Shown: in pieces, positions 59,836 through 64,000 of the stretch
How positions within the stretch are numbered: the stretch's first letter is position 1
How the letters are laid out: the number at the start of each line of letters is the position of its first letter
Assembly (NCBI GenBank): GCA_030141605.1
Contig: JAQGDQ010000206.1
Span: forward strand, 326,085 to 390,084
DNA length: 64,000 bases
Direction of reading: 5' to 3'
DNA from: Tubiluchus corallicola
Lineage: Eukaryota > Animalia > Priapulida
Made by a program: the position numbers and the translations under genes
The notes under the pieces: generated by a model
Told to the model about the DNA's origin: nothing
The model's database searches: none
The model's input: only the letters and a program-made list of their open reading frames with translations

Positions 59836-62800
59836 CTGAAAAAAAAGCGCATCATTCGTGAATAACTGTTTACTTGTACTGTTCTATGCTAGTTAACCCT
59901 ATGAGGACCAAAGAACACATTTGTGCCAAAACTTATGTAGCCTGACCAAAACTTAAAATGTATGTAACCTGACCAAGCCTTAAAATGTATGTAACCTGAC
60001 CAAAACTTAAAATGTATGTAACCTGACCAAAACTTAAAATGTACGTAACCTGACCAAAACTTAAAATGTATGTAACCTGACCAAAACTTAAAATGTATGT
60101 ACCTGACCAAAACTTAAAATGTATGTAACCTGACCAAAACTTAAAATGTACGTAACCTGACCAAAACTTAAAATGTATGTAACCTGACCAAACCTTAAAA
60201 TGTATGTAACCTGACCAAAACTTAAAATGTATGTAACCTGACCAAAACTTAAAATGTATGTAACCTGACCAAAACTTAAAATGTATGTAACCTGACCAAA
60301 ACTTAAAATGTATGTAACCTGACCAAAACTTAAAATGTATGTAACCTGACCAAAACTTAAAATGTATGTAACCTGACCAAAACTTAAAATGTATGTAACC
60401 TGACCAAAACTTAAAATGTATGTAACCTGACCAAAACTTAAAATGTACGTAGCCTGACCAAAACTTAGTGTATGTAACCTGACCAAAACTTAAAATGTAT
60501 GTAACCTGACCAAAACGTAAAATGTATGTAACCTGACCAAACCTTAAAATGTATGTAACCTGACCAAAACTTAAAATGTATGTAACCTGACCAAAACTTA
60601 AAATGTATGTAACCTGACCAAAACTTAAAATGTATGTAACCTGACCAAAACTTAAAATGTATGTAACCTGACCAAGCCTTAAAATGTATGTAACCTGACC
60701 AAAACTTAAAATGTATGTAACCTGACCAAAACTTAAAATGTATGTAACCTGACAATTATTTCATAAAATTTCCTTTTTCTGGCAAGATGTTGTACAGATA
60801 CAAGTACAACTTTTGCATGATTGAAATAAACCAACCAGAAATTTAATAGTTTTCATAACAGTTGCAACTTAGCAGCTTATGGTCCTCAAGGGGTTAATAC
60901 GCTATAATCAGTAAGCACGATATCTTGCCATGCAATATTTCATGTTTTATCATAAACTGGTTGTGAGCCATTGCAAGCTGATTGCTTGTCTCTGCGACGA
61001 CCAATGTTTTAAAAAGCAAATGAATGTTGTTTTTACGCTGCTTCTAGAAGACAGAAAATTAAAGCAAAAAAAAACACCCTTCATAATAAAGCTTAAAAAA
61101 ACCGTTTTGAAATTTTGTACCCCTTACAATAGTGTCTTATTGCACACAGGGCTTGCATTAGAGGCAGCAGAAGGTAATAGAAGTAACACTGTATAAAACT
61201 TACAAATTTAAACTCTCATCATGACTATTGGGCACAGCCTTTTTAAGGTATGTTGTGTGAAACAACTTTAGATAACATTGTGTAAAGTTTGAAAATAAAC
61301 AAAGCATTATTAGTGCACACTTCACTAACTAACTAAGCAAACGTTTAAATTACTTTGTGTTGTCAATAAATTGAATAATATTTTTTGGTGAGCCAGTGGT
61401 GCATGCTGCGATAGTGAACCAGTGATATTTTACCAATTGGCAGGACCGTTTTAAATTACTATGATTTTTTTTCTTAAGTTACGTAAGTCTTTCAAACAGG
61501 TAAACGTAATGCTAAGTAATGTAACTTTGTATGGAAAGTTTTTTTGTGACATACTTTAAAATTTCCTTTTCTTCCCCATCAAGTTTTGTACGCAACAGTA
61601 TACTCACTTCGGATGATGCGACGTCGCGAACTTTTTGTTTACCAAATCAAATTTGGTTGGCGGTACCCCCTGATTGTTCACCAGAGTAAACAAAAATGTG
61701 CTGAAAGAGAAACAAATACCGTTTAACAGTACTGAAATGAAATAGCGAATGTGTAAACACATTTCAGGCATGAATGTTGTTTTCACGCTGCTTCTAGCAG
61801 TGAGAAAATTAAATCAAAAGAAAACACTTTTCATTATAGAGCATAAAAATTTGTTTTGAAATTTTGTAACCCTCGCAATACTGTCTTATTGCATGGAGGG
61901 CTTACATCAATAACAATATGAAATTAGAAAAAATTGAACTGTTGTTGTGTGATGCATAGTACATTTTAGCCAGATCGTAAAGTGTAAAGTCGTAAAGTAA
62001 CAGAAATGACTTTCGAACCTCAGGTTTGAGAAAGAACAGTTTTCGTTTACTTTGCCAAACACCTCAGAAGAGAGAATAGTTCATTTACTTGTCCAAAACT
62101 AAATTGCAATAACGACATTGTTATAGTTCACTTTACACTAATTCTAGACGCAGCATGTTTCGTTCTACACTGCCTCTTTTCTCTCCTCTGTACCTCCACC
62201 CTAGTTTTGGGAAGCCTAAACTGTGTTTTTATACCAGCTACTTTGCATGGATAATCCAAGAAGTGATTACAAAAAACTAGGTAAGTGGTGCCCTCTAGGT
62301 CGTGATGTTTCACAATAGTTCGAGACTGGTACTACTAATTACAAGTTTAGCACAACAAAGGAACAAAAATCATGCATGCTTTGTAAAAATATTCTTACAG
62401 AAATGAAATTAAATGTTTAAACAGTTGACAAATTATCCCAAACAATCATACAAAACTGAACAAGACTGTTCAGAAAACCAATAATTCTCTAACGGAGCAA
62501 TTTATTCATCACCAGAATAAATTGCAACAAAATCCCGTAGTAAGTGCATTTAATTGTGCGGATTGCATCATCTTGCATTCCATCTATTAAGCCTTCGCTT
62601 ACTGGTACTTTTTCATTCACAAACCACTGTTCAGAAAAACCAATAATTCTCTAACGGAGCAATTTATTCATCACCAGAATAAATTGCAACAAAATCCCGT
62701 AGTAAGCGCATTTAATTGTGTGGATTGCATCATTTTGCATTCTTTCGTTTAAACCTTTGCTTACTAAAACTTTTCCATTCATAAACCACTGAAACCTTTA

Positions 62801-63258
62801 CCAATGCTGCATCATACAAACATGTTAACATTTCAACATAATAGCAGAAAAAATGCCAGCAGGTTTAAAGCAAAATGATATAATTTACCAAAGGCTAACT
62901 GAATTTTGTTGCTCAAGATCAGTAACTGATTCAATTTGGAAGCCATACTTAACTTCTATAGCAATGTATTCCTTGAATGCATGTTATTAAACAGGGGCCA
63001 TCCACATATAACGATATCAAGTTTTCGGCGGATTTCGAAAACCTACCTACCTTGCATTATCTTGAAGACTTGCTTCTTGAAAAAATAAAATGAAAATGAA
63101 CCAAATAATGTCCATTCAGTTGGACAAAACACTAAAAAATTTTCAAACATAAGTGGCAGATACACTTACTTGTCCGAAGCCACATACCGTCCGCGTGGTG
63201 GCGCCTTACTCGTCCAAGCGACGTCACTGTAACCACCGCAAACGTTACCGCGGCTGCT
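59655..63258 (-). CDS. TLDc-domain protein, 3'-terminal three exons (gene continues beyond the window)
   Basis: Exons 63170-63258, 61608-61700 and 59655-59835 splice in phase to SSRGNVCGGYSDVAWTSKAPPRGRYVASDNTFLFTLVNNQGVPPTKFDLVNKKFATSHHPNFGPIFGAGADLSISSDCDQNMDSYSNLPHSYGGENASSSILMGDYHFTVADYEVFTICD*, carrying TLDc hallmarks (GG[YF]..W, FLF, GP.FG.G.DL, F.V.DYEVF). Confidence 0.88.
59897..60893. mobile_element. piggyBac-like MITE carrying a 27-bp tandem array
   Basis: TTAA|CCCTATGAGGACCA...TGGTCCTCAAGGGG|TTAA. Confidence 0.8.
59927..60753. repeat. 27-bp minisatellite, ~30 copies
   Basis: Unit cctgaccaaaacttaaaatgtatgtaa. Confidence 0.97.
61608..61700 (-). CDS. TLDc gene exon (TFLFTLVNNQGVPPTKF...HHP)
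   Basis: tttcag acceptor, AA|gtgagt donor, phase 2-2. Confidence 0.88.
62466..62790. repeat. ~162-bp tandem duplication
   Basis: ctgttcagaaaa(a)ccaataattctctaacggagc occurs twice. Confidence 0.88.
63170..63258 (-). CDS. TLDc gene exon (SSRGNVCGGYSDVAW...YVASD)
   Basis: ttttcag acceptor, AA|gtaagt donor. Confidence 0.87.
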
Positions 63259-63307
63259 CTGAAAAGGTAGACAAACTTATGACATCTATCTATAAATATA
63301 TATATAT

Positions 63308-63572
63308 AATATAATGTCATGTAATGTAATGTCATGTCATGTCATGTCATGTCATGTCATGTAATGTAATGTAATGTGACATGTCATGTCATGTCATGTC
63401 ATGTCATGTCATGTAATGTAATGTAATGTAATGTAATGTAATGTAATGTAATGTAATGTAATGTAATGTAATGTAATGTAATGTAATGTAATGTAATGTA
63501 ATATAATATAATATAATATAATATAATATAATATAATATAATATAATATAATATAATATAATATAATATAAT
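63308..63572. repeat. Compound pentanucleotide microsatellite (ATGTC)n(ATGTA)n(ATATA)n
   Basis: Directly visible. Confidence 0.97.
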
Positions 63573-64000
63573 AGAAGTTTTTTATCTTTACAACCAAAAC
63601 GGTAGCACAGCACAAAGCTACAAAATGTAAAATTTTTTAAAAGAATAAAAAGGCAACAGTGACAGGCGCTATTACACTGTTTCAAGATACATGAACGAAA
63701 TAAATTAAAATTATTCTAAACTCGTGTTTGGAAATTAAATAAACCCAATGAGATAAAACCGTTCTCGAATCTTTCTGTTCTGCATCTAGGTAAGGGGTAG
63801 TTCAGATAGTGGCGAGTTCAATATCTATGAGTATGGGCATCTGGCAACAAAGAGTGGATTATATTATTAGGATCTTGAATTCACATGTGGAAAGTTGCGC
63901 AGTGAAACACCAACAATATTCCAAATTTAAAGCCAGCTGTACCTTTGTACAATGTCTTATGATTCTAGTTCCTATTACTTCTACGATAAAAAAAAATAGT

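Noticed and set aside
59889-60755. Repetitive ORFs (YIHFKFWSG)n
   Set aside because: Artefact of the 27-bp tandem array.
63780-63960. Possible further exon at the window end
   Set aside because: No TLDc-like translation with a phase-0 donor was found on the minus strand.

Overview
AT-rich genomic DNA from an animal, probably a bilaterian invertebrate, with spliceosomal GT-AG introns; nothing prokaryotic was seen. Four protein-coding genes were reconstructed by hand with continuous splice phases. (1) The 3' part of a Pumilio (PUM1/2-like PUF) gene on + (15 coding exons, 416..25753, ~932 aa visible) with a ~3.6 kb 3'UTR. (2) BRD8 on -, whose 811-aa CDS is a single exon (32421..34856). (3) Guanylate kinase GUK1 on + (8 exons, 37984..53501), head-to-head with BRD8 across a <100 bp promoter and carrying an upstream exon for a mitochondrial-type presequence. 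(4) The last three exons of a TLDc-domain gene on - (59655..63258). Introns are dense in non-autonomous DNA transposons (hAT, Tc1/mariner-pogo, piggyBac-like, Kolobok-like), minisatellites and one RTE LINE fragment. The most notable observations are a foldback element with a CCA-tailed tRNA-Phe 3' half at its centre, tandem splice acceptors that could switch the Pumilio repeat 7-8 loop between vertebrate-like and Drosophila-like length, inverted MITEs bracketing five pum exons (circRNA geometry), an inverted pair of Penelope-type minimal hammerhead motifs, and the intronless BRD8 CDS. Family calls rest on remembered sequences and visible TIR/TSD patterns, not on database searches.
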